From a virus (Duplodnaviria; Heunggongvirae; Uroviricota; Caudoviricetes), in the IMG/VR virus record IMGVR_UViG_3300047471_000949: DNA of 64,000 nt. One strand, 5' to 3'. The notes beneath the pieces are model-generated. The model was not told the DNA's origin. It saw only the letters and a program-made list of their open reading frames with translations, and ran no database searches. Shown piece after piece: positions 25,315 through 34,109 of the stretch (its first letter is position 1; the number at the start of each line of letters is the position of its first letter). The position numbers and the translations under genes were made by a program.

Positions 25315-25732
25315 GCTGTGGTATCCCTAATTCAATCTCAGTCAGTATCTTGAAACTCCAACCTCGTTGTTCACAATAACGGCGGGCAGCTTCCCACTTT
25401 TTAAGGTTGATGGCAAAGGTTGCGCTTTCCTTCAGGAAGCGTCGCATTGTTGATTTATGCACAGGTTGAACAGTTTCTTTAGCTGGTTTTATCTCAACCA
25501 GGTAAGTATGTCCTGTGTTATCTTTCACACGAAAATCAGGAAAGTATCGATGAATATTATTATCCAGCGGAGATTGATAGGGCACAGCGATTTCCTCAGA
25601 CGACCACTCAATAATATTCGGATCATTATCAAGTTTCATCATATACTTTAACTCCCAGCTTGACCTCCACACAATATTTGTTGGGTTGCCTCGGTACTTG
25701 GAGGAGTTTTTAAGTTTAAATAAACCTTTCAT
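25307..25732 (-). CDS. gp4: head completion nuclease gp4 (TnsA-like)
   Basis: KYRGNPTNIVWRSSWE...WSSEEIAVPY...HRYFPDF. Confidence 0.95.
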   Translation of the reverse strand: MKGLFKLKNSSKYRGNPTNIVWRSSWELKYMMKLDNDPNIIEWSSEEIAVPYQSPLDNNIHRYFPDFRVKDNTGHTYLVEIKPAKETVQPVHKSTMRRFLKESATFAINLKKWEAARRYCEQRGWSFKILTEIELGIPQRG

Positions 25733-25733
25733 C

Positions 25734-25847
25734 TTATTGTTTGTTTGTGGTCAACAGCTTCCACAAAGCCCACATCGCAAGAAATGGATAGGCCGGCCAA
25801 TACCACCACGGTTGTTGTTGTTCTTGTTCTTCTTTTTTATTTACCAT
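25734..25847 (-). CDS. small membrane peptide (37 aa)
   Basis: MVNKKEEQEQQQPWWYWPAYPFLAMWALWKLLTTNKQ directly behind a late promoter. Confidence 0.45.
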   Translation of the reverse strand: MVNKKEEQEQQQPWWYWPAYPFLAMWALWKLLTTNKQ

Positions 25848-25851
25848 CTTA

Positions 25852-25868
25852 TATTTATCAGATAAATA
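25852..25868. promoter_or_regulatory. back-to-back divergent late promoters
   Basis: perfect 8-1-8 inverted repeat TATTTATC-A-GATAAATA. Confidence 0.7.
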
Positions 25869-25875
25869 GCTACAA

Positions 25876-26976
25876 ATGATAGGACTATCTAATGTGCCGT
25901 TAAGCACATTTCAATCAACTTCTCAGACTACTCTTTCGGGAGGACTAATCAATAATAATCCGACTCCCGGACTTTTTGATTCCTCGTTGAATAATTTCTT
26001 TGCGGGGCGAGCCCTTACGAGAAATGGTAATGTTCAAACTTTGGCCTATCCGCTCGATACTCCCAAGTATATTATTACTTTTACCACCTCTGAATATACC
26101 CGAAATGGCCTTTCTTCAGTTGGAACCTTTCAGGACTCGGGTTATCCTGGAATTGTTCTCCCACTACCTCGTGAACTGATTAATAATGATTCGGTTGACT
26201 GGCACGAGGTCGAGGTCGGAACAATGCCCGGAGTTGCGCTTAATGCAGCCTTCGGGTCCGGATCAAATGCAAATCTTGGCCCAGGCCTCACAGCCGAAGG
26301 AGTAGACTCGGCCCTTATTGCCGTCCAAAATCTTTCGTTTGGTGTTTTAGGTAATGTGGCGGGGGGCGTCAGAGCCCTGGCAGGTTTCTCTCCCAATCAG
26401 TTTGTGACGATGTTAATGAGAGGACCTCAGTATAAACGCCATGCCTTTACCTGGGAATTGTCTCCGACCAATTTCAAGGAGGCCGATGTTCTTCGGCAAA
26501 TAATAAGAGTATTCAGAAATGCTATGGCTCCTAATACCTTTGGAGCCGTGGGAGGTGCTCCTATACTCTGGACCTTCCCCAAGATATTCTATATTCGTCT
26601 CTATCCAAACTCTAAGTTTTTATATAAGTTCAAGCCGTGTGTTTGCGACCATTTCGTCGTCAATTATGCTCCAGGCGGGCGTCCAGCTTTTGATAAAAAT
26701 GGAAAAAACGGAACTCCCGGAGAGAATCCCCCCGCTCAAGTTCAAATTACCGCTCATTTTATCGAACTAGAATACTGGATTGAGGGAAATGTGACTGATT
26801 CGAATGATCCTGATGATGTTCATACCCAGGCTGTAAATAATACCAATCCTCTGGACAATCTAGGACTTACTAATGCTTTAAATAACTTAAGAACATTATT
26901 AGCTAATCCAAACTTGAATGCGACACAGCGGGCAGGGGTACAAGCTTTAATTACCGGCTTTGAGACTTTACAATAA
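25876..26976 (+). CDS. gp48: baseplate tail-tube cap gp48
   Basis: IVLPLP...PQYKRHAFTWELSP..FKEAD..RQII..FR...FPKIF. Confidence 0.85.
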   Translation: MIGLSNVPLSTFQSTSQTTLSGGLINNNPTPGLFDSSLNNFFAGRALTRNGNVQTLAYPLDTPKYIITFTTSEYTRNGLSSVGTFQDSGYPGIVLPLPRELINNDSVDWHEVEVGTMPGVALNAAFGSGSNANLGPGLTAEGVDSALIAVQNLSFGVLGNVAGGVRALAGFSPNQFVTMLMRGPQYKRHAFTWELSPTNFKEADVLRQIIRVFRNAMAPNTFGAVGGAPILWTFPKIFYIRLYPNSKFLYKFKPCVCDHFVVNYAPGGRPAFDKNGKNGTPGENPPAQVQITAHFIELEYWIEGNVTDSNDPDDVHTQAVNNTNPLDNLGLTNALNNLRTLLANPNLNATQRAGVQALITGFETLQ

Positions 26977-27857
26977 TGGGCGACACATATTTTAGCAAGT
27001 TCCCTATTATCTCCTATGCTAACAATCAGGTCCGAAACATATCTGAGAGAGTAAAGATACTTCATACTCGATTAATAAATCCTGATTCATATTATCCGAT
27101 TGAGCTTGGAGAAGACATAAGAGCAGATGTGCTAGCTGAAACACTTTATCAGGATTCGTATCTGGACTGGTTGCTTTGGGTCAATAACACCACTGTTGAT
27201 CCATACTATGGTTGGCATATGTCAGCTCCAGAATTTCATTCATATATTCGCGACAAGTATGGATCGATTGAATATGCTGAACAACAAATACTCTATTATA
27301 GAACAGCCTGGCCTACTGAGACTTCTCCAAAGCTTTCTAAGACCACTTATGATAATGTGATTCCCAAGACCTGGCAAAAGTTTTTTCAGGCAATCTATGA
27401 AGAGATGAGCGGAAAACTGCTCTACTATATGCAGCCGTATATGGACTGGCGAATGAATACCAATCAACTGTTGCAATGGCAGGTCTCAATGACTAATGCT
27501 AATACGGTATTCGCAAACGATCATATACTCCAGGTCACCTCGGGCGGTAATGTGATTGGACAGGCCCAGGTGGTCGAGGCTAATTCCAGTGTGGTAATAG
27601 CCCAACACGCCTCTGGATTTACAACCACTCCCAATGGTCTTCAGGATATGTTCAATACTACTCTGACTGCTACTGCCTCAAATACTATTATCCTTTCACA
27701 AAATATATCGTTGAATGAAGCAGTGTTCTGGGAGCCGCTCACTGCGTATGATTATGAGGATGAAATAAATGCAGGCAAACGTTTTGTCTCAGTGATTGAT
27801 CAATCTCTTGCGCAACAACTGACTGCGACTATTGCTACATTATTAGGACAACGGTAA
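26976..27857 (+). CDS. gp53: baseplate wedge subunit gp53
   Basis: YFSKFPIISY...RADVLAETLY.DS.LDWLLWVNN..DPYYGW. Confidence 0.9.
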   Translation: MGDTYFSKFPIISYANNQVRNISERVKILHTRLINPDSYYPIELGEDIRADVLAETLYQDSYLDWLLWVNNTTVDPYYGWHMSAPEFHSYIRDKYGSIEYAEQQILYYRTAWPTETSPKLSKTTYDNVIPKTWQKFFQAIYEEMSGKLLYYMQPYMDWRMNTNQLLQWQVSMTNANTVFANDHILQVTSGGNVIGQAQVVEANSSVVIAQHASGFTTTPNGLQDMFNTTLTATASNTIILSQNISLNEAVFWEPLTAYDYEDEINAGKRFVSVIDQSLAQQLTATIATLLGQR

Positions 27858-29200
27858 TGATTTATGTTGAACCCTCAAAAGGCCAAATGATTTCGTTTGG
27901 TATCAAGGGAACAAACCTTGTTGCTTATCTTCACTGTCTACGGGTCTATGAAAGTATATGCAAAGAGTATATTACTGCTCAGGCCATTGTTTATGATGAT
28001 AATAATGTGGTCGAAAATATGGGAATAGTTCCTGGTGACCCTGCCTCATTTGAGTTCAAGGCTCCCCCAAACGATTATGTCTATTCAGCCGGCAAAGGGG
28101 GAGGTTATGGTGATATTCAGGTGCTAAAGATGAAGGGAGAACAAGCCCCCGGCACTCTCAAGTTTCAGATATATACTATTGATTTTATCGGACCTGTTTA
28201 TTATCAGGACCGAAACACTACTGTCTTTGATGATGCCTATGCAATGGCTACTGGAACAGACCATGTTCAAAGAATATGGAACCAATATCTTAATAAAGAT
28301 ACTTTACATATTTTAACACCTTCGTCTGGAATGATTGGTGACACCGATGATCCACACACCGGAGGAGGTGATCATCCGCTAACTGCTATTAAAAACATTC
28401 TTAAAGAAACAGTTTCAGCCCAATCTAAAGATACTGGTTCATGGGTCATATTCAAAAATCGTTTTGGAGTGAATGTTGAACAAGTAGCTCAGCTATTTGC
28501 TGGAATTGCTGGAGCTGCTGGTTCTGGAACATTTGGAGGGGCGCCGTTATCGTCTGATCTAACAGCACACGGTCAACAAGAATACTTCCTTCAGAAAGAG
28601 ACCTGGGGGGTACGTTTTCAGGATGCTCATCTCTATCACGCTATTATATTTGCTCAGGTGGAGGCTCGAGAAGGAACTGGTTCGGGGGGTCGTGGCTCGG
28701 GAGTGAATATATCTGGGGCAGGGCAGATGACACAGGGAGTTTATGATATGGCAATGGGTAATATTGTTCCACAAGGCCTTATATCCTCTGCTCCTTCAGG
28801 AATGAGTAACTTCTTTTCATCGGTATCAAGCGCCGCCGGCGGGGGAGGATTTGGTCCTGCTCTAGCCGGACTACAAATAACCAACTCTAAAATATTCCCT
28901 AATGCTACAGCCCCATTTACCAAGACCTCGGGAGAACAATCGTATTCCGCTGCCTGCAAGGACTCTCCTGGACTGGTGCTTCAGGTTCCAATGCAGACAG
29001 GTCTGAATGTAACTGTGGGACGTGGTCTGTGGGCCCAGCTTGTGCCACCTATTGGTATTGGCGCAGGAGCAGGAAACATTAATACCTATTTGTTAAATGG
29101 ACCTTGGTTGGTAACAGACCTGGTTCAGGAAATATACACTGATGAACGAGAACGCCAAGCCACCAGCACCTTTCAATGTCTAAAAGGCGCAAAGTTATAA
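27857..29200 (+). CDS. baseplate hub protein (gp27-like)
   Basis: position between gp53 and gp5; VYESI...IVYDDNN..; terminal WLVTDLVQEI strand. Confidence 0.6.
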   Translation: MIYVEPSKGQMISFGIKGTNLVAYLHCLRVYESICKEYITAQAIVYDDNNVVENMGIVPGDPASFEFKAPPNDYVYSAGKGGGYGDIQVLKMKGEQAPGTLKFQIYTIDFIGPVYYQDRNTTVFDDAYAMATGTDHVQRIWNQYLNKDTLHILTPSSGMIGDTDDPHTGGGDHPLTAIKNILKETVSAQSKDTGSWVIFKNRFGVNVEQVAQLFAGIAGAAGSGTFGGAPLSSDLTAHGQQEYFLQKETWGVRFQDAHLYHAIIFAQVEAREGTGSGGRGSGVNISGAGQMTQGVYDMAMGNIVPQGLISSAPSGMSNFFSSVSSAAGGGGFGPALAGLQITNSKIFPNATAPFTKTSGEQSYSAACKDSPGLVLQVPMQTGLNVTVGRGLWAQLVPPIGIGAGAGNINTYLLNGPWLVTDLVQEIYTDERERQATSTFQCLKGAKL

Positions 29201-29229
29201 AAGACTGCTAAATAATCTAAAGGACACCT

Positions 29230-30357
29230 ATGATACATCCTCCAGGCAGATCATTTAATTATGAAGAAGATTTAGAACACGCGGTTGTTCGTTCTCTTGA
29301 AGACCCGTTGGTGCAGCATCGCGTTCAAATATCACCATTCTCTCTTAAAAATGCCGATCCATCAAAATATCCGTGGATGAAGATGAATGTTTCGACCAAC
29401 TCACAAACGGATTCCAAACAAGGCGGTAATTTCCAAACCCCCCATTCTTATAAATGCGGAGATGTTATTCTCTGTCAACCTTCTGGTCCGGTAAACGATC
29501 GTCAATGGACTCCACAAGGTCATCCTGGTTCACGAGTAGACGATCAAGGTTCACAATCACAGATTACCTCGTCATCTAATTATTATTTTAATTCGCATTA
29601 TAATACTGGAGACCCACAATCAGCTATACCTCCGGTGAAGACTACTACCTATGCAGCAGATGGTCAACCCAATATCAATAATCCTATGCCGGCCAAACAC
29701 GAGGTATGGGACACTCCCGATAAACGAAAACATACCGAAAAACATATTCAGTCCTACCCCAAGATGGGACAGCCGGCTCATAAGTTATGGTCAAATGGAC
29801 AATCTATTACTGAGTCGGATGCGGTTGGTTCGCCAATCACCGATATTATTAGAAAAGAAGATAAGACCTTTGAGGCAGAAGCTCCTCGAAATGATCATCC
29901 GCTTCAGGTACTTTCACGGCTTCGTCAAGAGGCTAATGCTTCTGACTTCCGTGGTCATTACGACCAATCGATGAAGGGCCAAATTGAAACTATTAAAAGC
30001 TTACTACAATCTGGTATATCTGGTGGCGGAGGCGGAGGAGGAGGTGGTGGAAGTAGCCAACAACAACAATCCAATAATCAATCTAACAATCAATCCAATA
30101 ACCAATCTAATAATCTTAATCTCGGCTTATCTCCTAGTTCTACGGCTGATGTAGGATTTCCAGGATGTACCCATGATATTTGGGCAATGTGGGTTGCATT
30201 AGGAGCCTTCGCATTACAGAACGGAGACCGACAAAATGTAGAAACGATGGCTGGTATAACTAATAATCAGGTAATGACCGTGGGAGCTATTGGTCCTACT
30301 GAATTTCTATCAAATACTGCAAATACCCAAACACTAGGACTAGTGAGTGTAATATAA
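29230..30357 (+). CDS. gp5 N-terminal (OB-fold) part of the central spike
   Basis: VVRSLEDPL..HRVQI...YPWM...GDVIL pattern; GCTAAATA late promoter at 29207-29214. Confidence 0.6.
   Translation: MIHPPGRSFNYEEDLEHAVVRSLEDPLVQHRVQISPFSLKNADPSKYPWMKMNVSTNSQTDSKQGGNFQTPHSYKCGDVILCQPSGPVNDRQWTPQGHPGSRVDDQGSQSQITSSSNYYFNSHYNTGDPQSAIPPVKTTTYAADGQPNINNPMPAKHEVWDTPDKRKHTEKHIQSYPKMGQPAHKLWSNGQSITESDAVGSPITDIIRKEDKTFEAEAPRNDHPLQVLSRLRQEANASDFRGHYDQSMKGQIETIKSLLQSGISGGGGGGGGGGSSQQQQSNNQSNNQSNNQSNNLNLGLSPSSTADVGFPGCTHDIWAMWVALGAFALQNGDRQNVETMAGITNNQVMTVGAIGPTEFLSNTANTQTLGLVSVI
30022..30114 (+). repeat. poly-Gly/poly-Gln and (SNNQ)4 coding repeats
   Basis: 12-bp unit CAATCYAAYAAY repeated four times after GGN and CAA runs. 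Confidence 0.8.
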
Positions 30358-31289
30358 TGCCTGAATATATCAAGAATACAAAGTTTCCTCCATACGATAC
30401 TCTGACCCCCCAACAAGGAAAAGAACCTAAGTATCACGGCCATCCAAATCAAGGACAAAAACCGTGGGCCCAGGATGATAAGTTTTATCATGGAGAAGGT
30501 AAGATTAATCCGTGGATGCAAACTTACTGTGAACCTGATGGCCGTCGTATATCAGTCGATCCTTATTGTGGAGTAGAATCAAGAGAATATCCATCAGGCG
30601 AGCATGTAGTTCATCATCGAGGTGGAAATGTTCATACCGTTGCTGGTAAGAGATGGGATTTTACTGGAGGAGGCGGAATGGCTGAGGCACACGGCGGAAT
30701 GCACGATTATTCAGCACGTGGCCATCATCGTGAAAACCGTACAGGAGATACTTATCATCATACTGCTGGCTCCCATCATATGTATGTAGCCGGTCATTCA
30801 GTTTCGGTTGTCAAAGGCAATCAAGTGCATGAAGTTAATGGTAAGATGAAGACCCGCCTGGTTGGGGAAAAATCATCACACAGTATTTCAGTCGGTCCTG
30901 GAGCTTCCTCAATACACGATAATGCTTTGACTATGACCCCCAAACGTATCTATCATCGAGCCTCTGGAAAGGGCGATCTATGGCTTGATACTGCTTCTAA
31001 TACTATTAATCAACAGGCAGGCACTGATCATAACACTCAGGCTGAGAATAATGTTTCAATCCACGCAAAGGGCGATCATGTTGTAATCAAGTGTGATAAA
31101 ATTCATCTGGACGGAGACGTGATAATAACTGGAGTTCTTAAGGTTGGTAAAGAGATTCATGCTAAAAAGAATATTGGAACTCCTAAATATTTGTTGGCGT
31201 TGAATGTTGGCGACATTCCATCTCCAGACCAAGCGCCTGATACTACGGCCCCAGCCGCTGCAACATTATCTCATGGATCAGTATCATGA
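30357..31289 (+). CDS. gp5 C-terminal beta-helix spike protein
   Basis: short beta repeats (HTVAG, HMYVAG, VVKGNQVHEVNG), IHLDGDVIITG apex. Confidence 0.65.
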   Translation: MPEYIKNTKFPPYDTLTPQQGKEPKYHGHPNQGQKPWAQDDKFYHGEGKINPWMQTYCEPDGRRISVDPYCGVESREYPSGEHVVHHRGGNVHTVAGKRWDFTGGGGMAEAHGGMHDYSARGHHRENRTGDTYHHTAGSHHMYVAGHSVSVVKGNQVHEVNGKMKTRLVGEKSSHSISVGPGASSIHDNALTMTPKRIYHRASGKGDLWLDTASNTINQQAGTDHNTQAENNVSIHAKGDHVVIKCDKIHLDGDVIITGVLKVGKEIHAKKNIGTPKYLLALNVGDIPSPDQAPDTTAPAAATLSHGSVS

Positions 31290-31864
31290 CCCTTTATTTA
31301 ACTACAACCTGTATGTTTAACGCAGTATCGAATGGTGTTGTTGATTTTGTTGTAGGTAGTGCAGTTGATCCATATTTGATACCCAGCGACGCTGGCGCTG
31401 TTGATAATACAATATATAACTATACCGCACAATCCGTCATCGATGATAGCCAATGGGAATCTGGTCAAACGGTTTATGCTGCGGGAGTGGTGGTAAGAAC
31501 ACTGGTAATAAGAAATTCAGCGGGAACTACAGCTCATATCGACTTCATTGATCCTCCCCAAGTTATGCTTACTGATAATATTGCTGCAACCGCAAACAAC
31601 TCAACCAATCTAGGAGGGGTAGCTGCAGTTGGTTATCAAACAACAGCCGGCCTTTCGGCTAATGTCGCGACTTTAACTGCTAATAATGCAAGCCATGCTT
31701 ATAGTTTAAATCAGAATCAATTAAACGTCAATAGTGCTGCCCAAGTTGTTGGGAAGGTTACGCTGGATAATGCTGCGGTGGCAAATAGTGGCCTAGTCCC
31801 CACCAACACTATCGTTATCTATGATTCATTGGGACAGGCCTATCGCATTCCTTGTCTTATATAA
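31286..31864 (+). CDS. virion structural protein with fibre repeat
   Basis: contains the NLGG..A.GYQT.AGL.ANV repeat shared with fibre genes. Confidence 0.65.
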   Translation: MTLYLTTTCMFNAVSNGVVDFVVGSAVDPYLIPSDAGAVDNTIYNYTAQSVIDDSQWESGQTVYAAGVVVRTLVIRNSAGTTAHIDFIDPPQVMLTDNIAATANNSTNLGGVAAVGYQTTAGLSANVATLTANNASHAYSLNQNQLNVNSAAQVVGKVTLDNAAVANSGLVPTNTIVIYDSLGQAYRIPCLI

Positions 31865-31867
31865 ATA
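31860..31867 (+). promoter_or_regulatory. T4-type late promoter
   Basis: exact TATAAATA. Confidence 0.65.
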
Positions 31868-31871
31868 TCCT

Positions 31872-32300
31872 ATGCCTTCTCGCGTTGGACAAATAACCAG
31901 AACCGCAAAAACTAGGATAGTCTATCGAACAATAGCTCCTAATTTTATGCTATTACCAGTGACTGGAGAGCTAAAGACCCTCATTAATGAACAGGCTGTA
32001 GCTCGATCCATTTATAACCTGGTCTTTACTTATCCCACCGAGCGATATTATCGTCCTGATATTGGTTCACCTATTCCACGGGGGCTGTTTGAGTTTGCTG
32101 ATGATTTTACTGCGGATCGAATCAAAAATAATATTCTGAATACTATTCAGAACTATGAACCTCGCGCTCAGAACCCAACAGTAGCAGTCCAAGCATTTCC
32201 AAATGATAATTTTTTTAATGTAGACGTCACATTCAATATCGCTGCACTGCCGCAACAGTTATTTTCTGTTCCGACAATTGTAGTCAAGGTTCGAGGATAA
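31872..32300 (+). CDS. gp25: baseplate wedge subunit gp25
   Basis: NEQAVARSIYNLVFT..TER.YRPDIGS...IQNYEPR; start ATG 31872. Confidence 0.92.
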   Translation: MPSRVGQITRTAKTRIVYRTIAPNFMLLPVTGELKTLINEQAVARSIYNLVFTYPTERYYRPDIGSPIPRGLFEFADDFTADRIKNNILNTIQNYEPRAQNPTVAVQAFPNDNFFNVDVTFNIAALPQQLFSVPTIVVKVRG

Positions 32301-32306
32301 TAGCAC

Positions 32307-34109
32307 ATGGCAAACAACGCGGTCATTGATCTTGTAAACTTGGACCCCGACACTAATAAAAACTCGTTTTTAAACTATCTGCAGGGACAGGCTAGATTCA
32401 AAGGTTATAATTTCGCAGGCGATGATATCAATGTCCTGATGGATATCCTTGGAATCAATTCGTTCAGAAATGCATTTCTTTTGAATATGGCTATTTCTGA
32501 GGGATTTATAGATAGCGCTCAGCTATTTTCTGACGTTAAATCGCACGCCAAGGAACTCGGCTATACGCCCAGGTCATCTGTATCAGCGGTGGCTAATGTT
32601 ACAGTAAGCTTCAGCGCAACTGGAGCATCACAACCCTATATCATTCCAAAAGGATCAACATTTTCGGCGCACGTTAAGAACCAGAACTTTACATTCTCAT
32701 TAGCTGAACCTATTATAGTTGCCTCACCTAACACTCAGTTCTCGTTCACAACTAATATCTATGAGGGAGTATATGTAAAGGATTCTTATGTCTTCAATCA
32801 GGCCACCAACAGGCTCCCATCCTTCGCAATAACCAATGCTAATGTTGATACCTCGTCAATAGTGGTCAATGTCTTTGGAAATAATTCACTCATTGGTCAA
32901 AACTATAATCTCGCTACCTCGTTGCTTGACCTTGATGGGACGTCACAAGTATACTTTCTTCAGTGTGCTACCGCTAATGGTAACTATGAAATTATATTTG
33001 GAGATGGAATCATTGGAAATCAACCCCTGAATGGTTCGTTGGTCATTCTCGATTATCGAGTAACATCGGGAGCACAAGCCGATGGATCATCGGCCTTCAA
33101 TATCAACTTTGACCCAACTGGGGTGAATGAAATAACATCGTCAGTAACAATAGTAACCAACTCAATAGCTGCGGGAGGGGTAGATGCTGAGGATATTGAA
33201 ACTACTCGTTTCTATGCGCCTCGTTGGTTTCAGGTGCAAGAACGAGCGATTGTTCCTTCTGATTATGAGGTGTTATTAAAAAATAAGTTTCCAGAACTGA
33301 ATGCAGTTAATGCCTATGGAGGAGAAACATTAAATCCTCCCCAATTTGGTAAGGTAGTTATTGCCGTAGATATTGCTGGAGTTGCTGGTTTACCTCAATC
33401 AAAGGGCCAGCAATATAGTGCATTTATTAAAGGACGTAATCCGCTCTCAATTCAACCAATATTTACAGCAGCTCAACATCTCTATTTAAAGGTCACCTCG
33501 TTAATCAAATATAATGTTAATGTGTCGTTGGAATCAGAAGCTACCATCCGAGCTATTGTTACTGATGCTATTACTAAATTCAATAGCCAGTTCTTAGATG
33601 ATTTTGCGATAACATTTTATTTCTCACAATTTTCTCAAGCCTTGAATAATTCGGACCCTTCTATAGTATCTAACGAAACATCAATCCAACTTTACCAAAA
33701 AATTCAACCCAGCGCTAATCCTCAAACTTATATGTTCTTCTTTTCGGTTCCATTAGTCAATAATGTTCCTCCGTTACCGTCATTCCATTCTTTTGGTTTA
33801 ATGAAGACGCTTACATCCACCTCGTTTGTCTATAAAGGACTGCTTTCTTATCTGGAAGATGACGGAAACGGCCTGGTAAGAATTGTAAGCCTTAAAGGTA
33901 ATACCTTAACAACCACCACAGATATTGGAATTATTGATTATAACCGCGGCTTTGTGGTATTATTTAGTTTTAGTGTAGATTCTTTTGATGGCAATGATCT
34001 ATTGGTTTTAGTAACTCCGCAAGAAACTGATATATCGGCTACACAAGACCTTATATTGTCCATTGAACCTGATAAAACTCAACTGTCTGTTGAGATGCTA
34101 AGTCTATGA
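32307..34109 (+). CDS. gp6: baseplate wedge subunit gp6
   Basis: LDPD..KNS..NYL...FKGYNFAG...FIDSAQL...SHAKELGYTPRS; QERAIVPSDY. Confidence 0.95.
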   Translation: MANNAVIDLVNLDPDTNKNSFLNYLQGQARFKGYNFAGDDINVLMDILGINSFRNAFLLNMAISEGFIDSAQLFSDVKSHAKELGYTPRSSVSAVANVTVSFSATGASQPYIIPKGSTFSAHVKNQNFTFSLAEPIIVASPNTQFSFTTNIYEGVYVKDSYVFNQATNRLPSFAITNANVDTSSIVVNVFGNNSLIGQNYNLATSLLDLDGTSQVYFLQCATANGNYEIIFGDGIIGNQPLNGSLVILDYRVTSGAQADGSSAFNINFDPTGVNEITSSVTIVTNSIAAGGVDAEDIETTRFYAPRWFQVQERAIVPSDYEVLLKNKFPELNAVNAYGGETLNPPQFGKVVIAVDIAGVAGLPQSKGQQYSAFIKGRNPLSIQPIFTAAQHLYLKVTSLIKYNVNVSLESEATIRAIVTDAITKFNSQFLDDFAITFYFSQFSQALNNSDPSIVSNETSIQLYQKIQPSANPQTYMFFFSVPLVNNVPPLPSFHSFGLMKTLTSTSFVYKGLLSYLEDDGNGLVRIVSLKGNTLTTTTDIGIIDYNRGFVVLFSFSVDSFDGNDLLVLVTPQETDISATQDLILSIEPDKTQLSVEMLSL

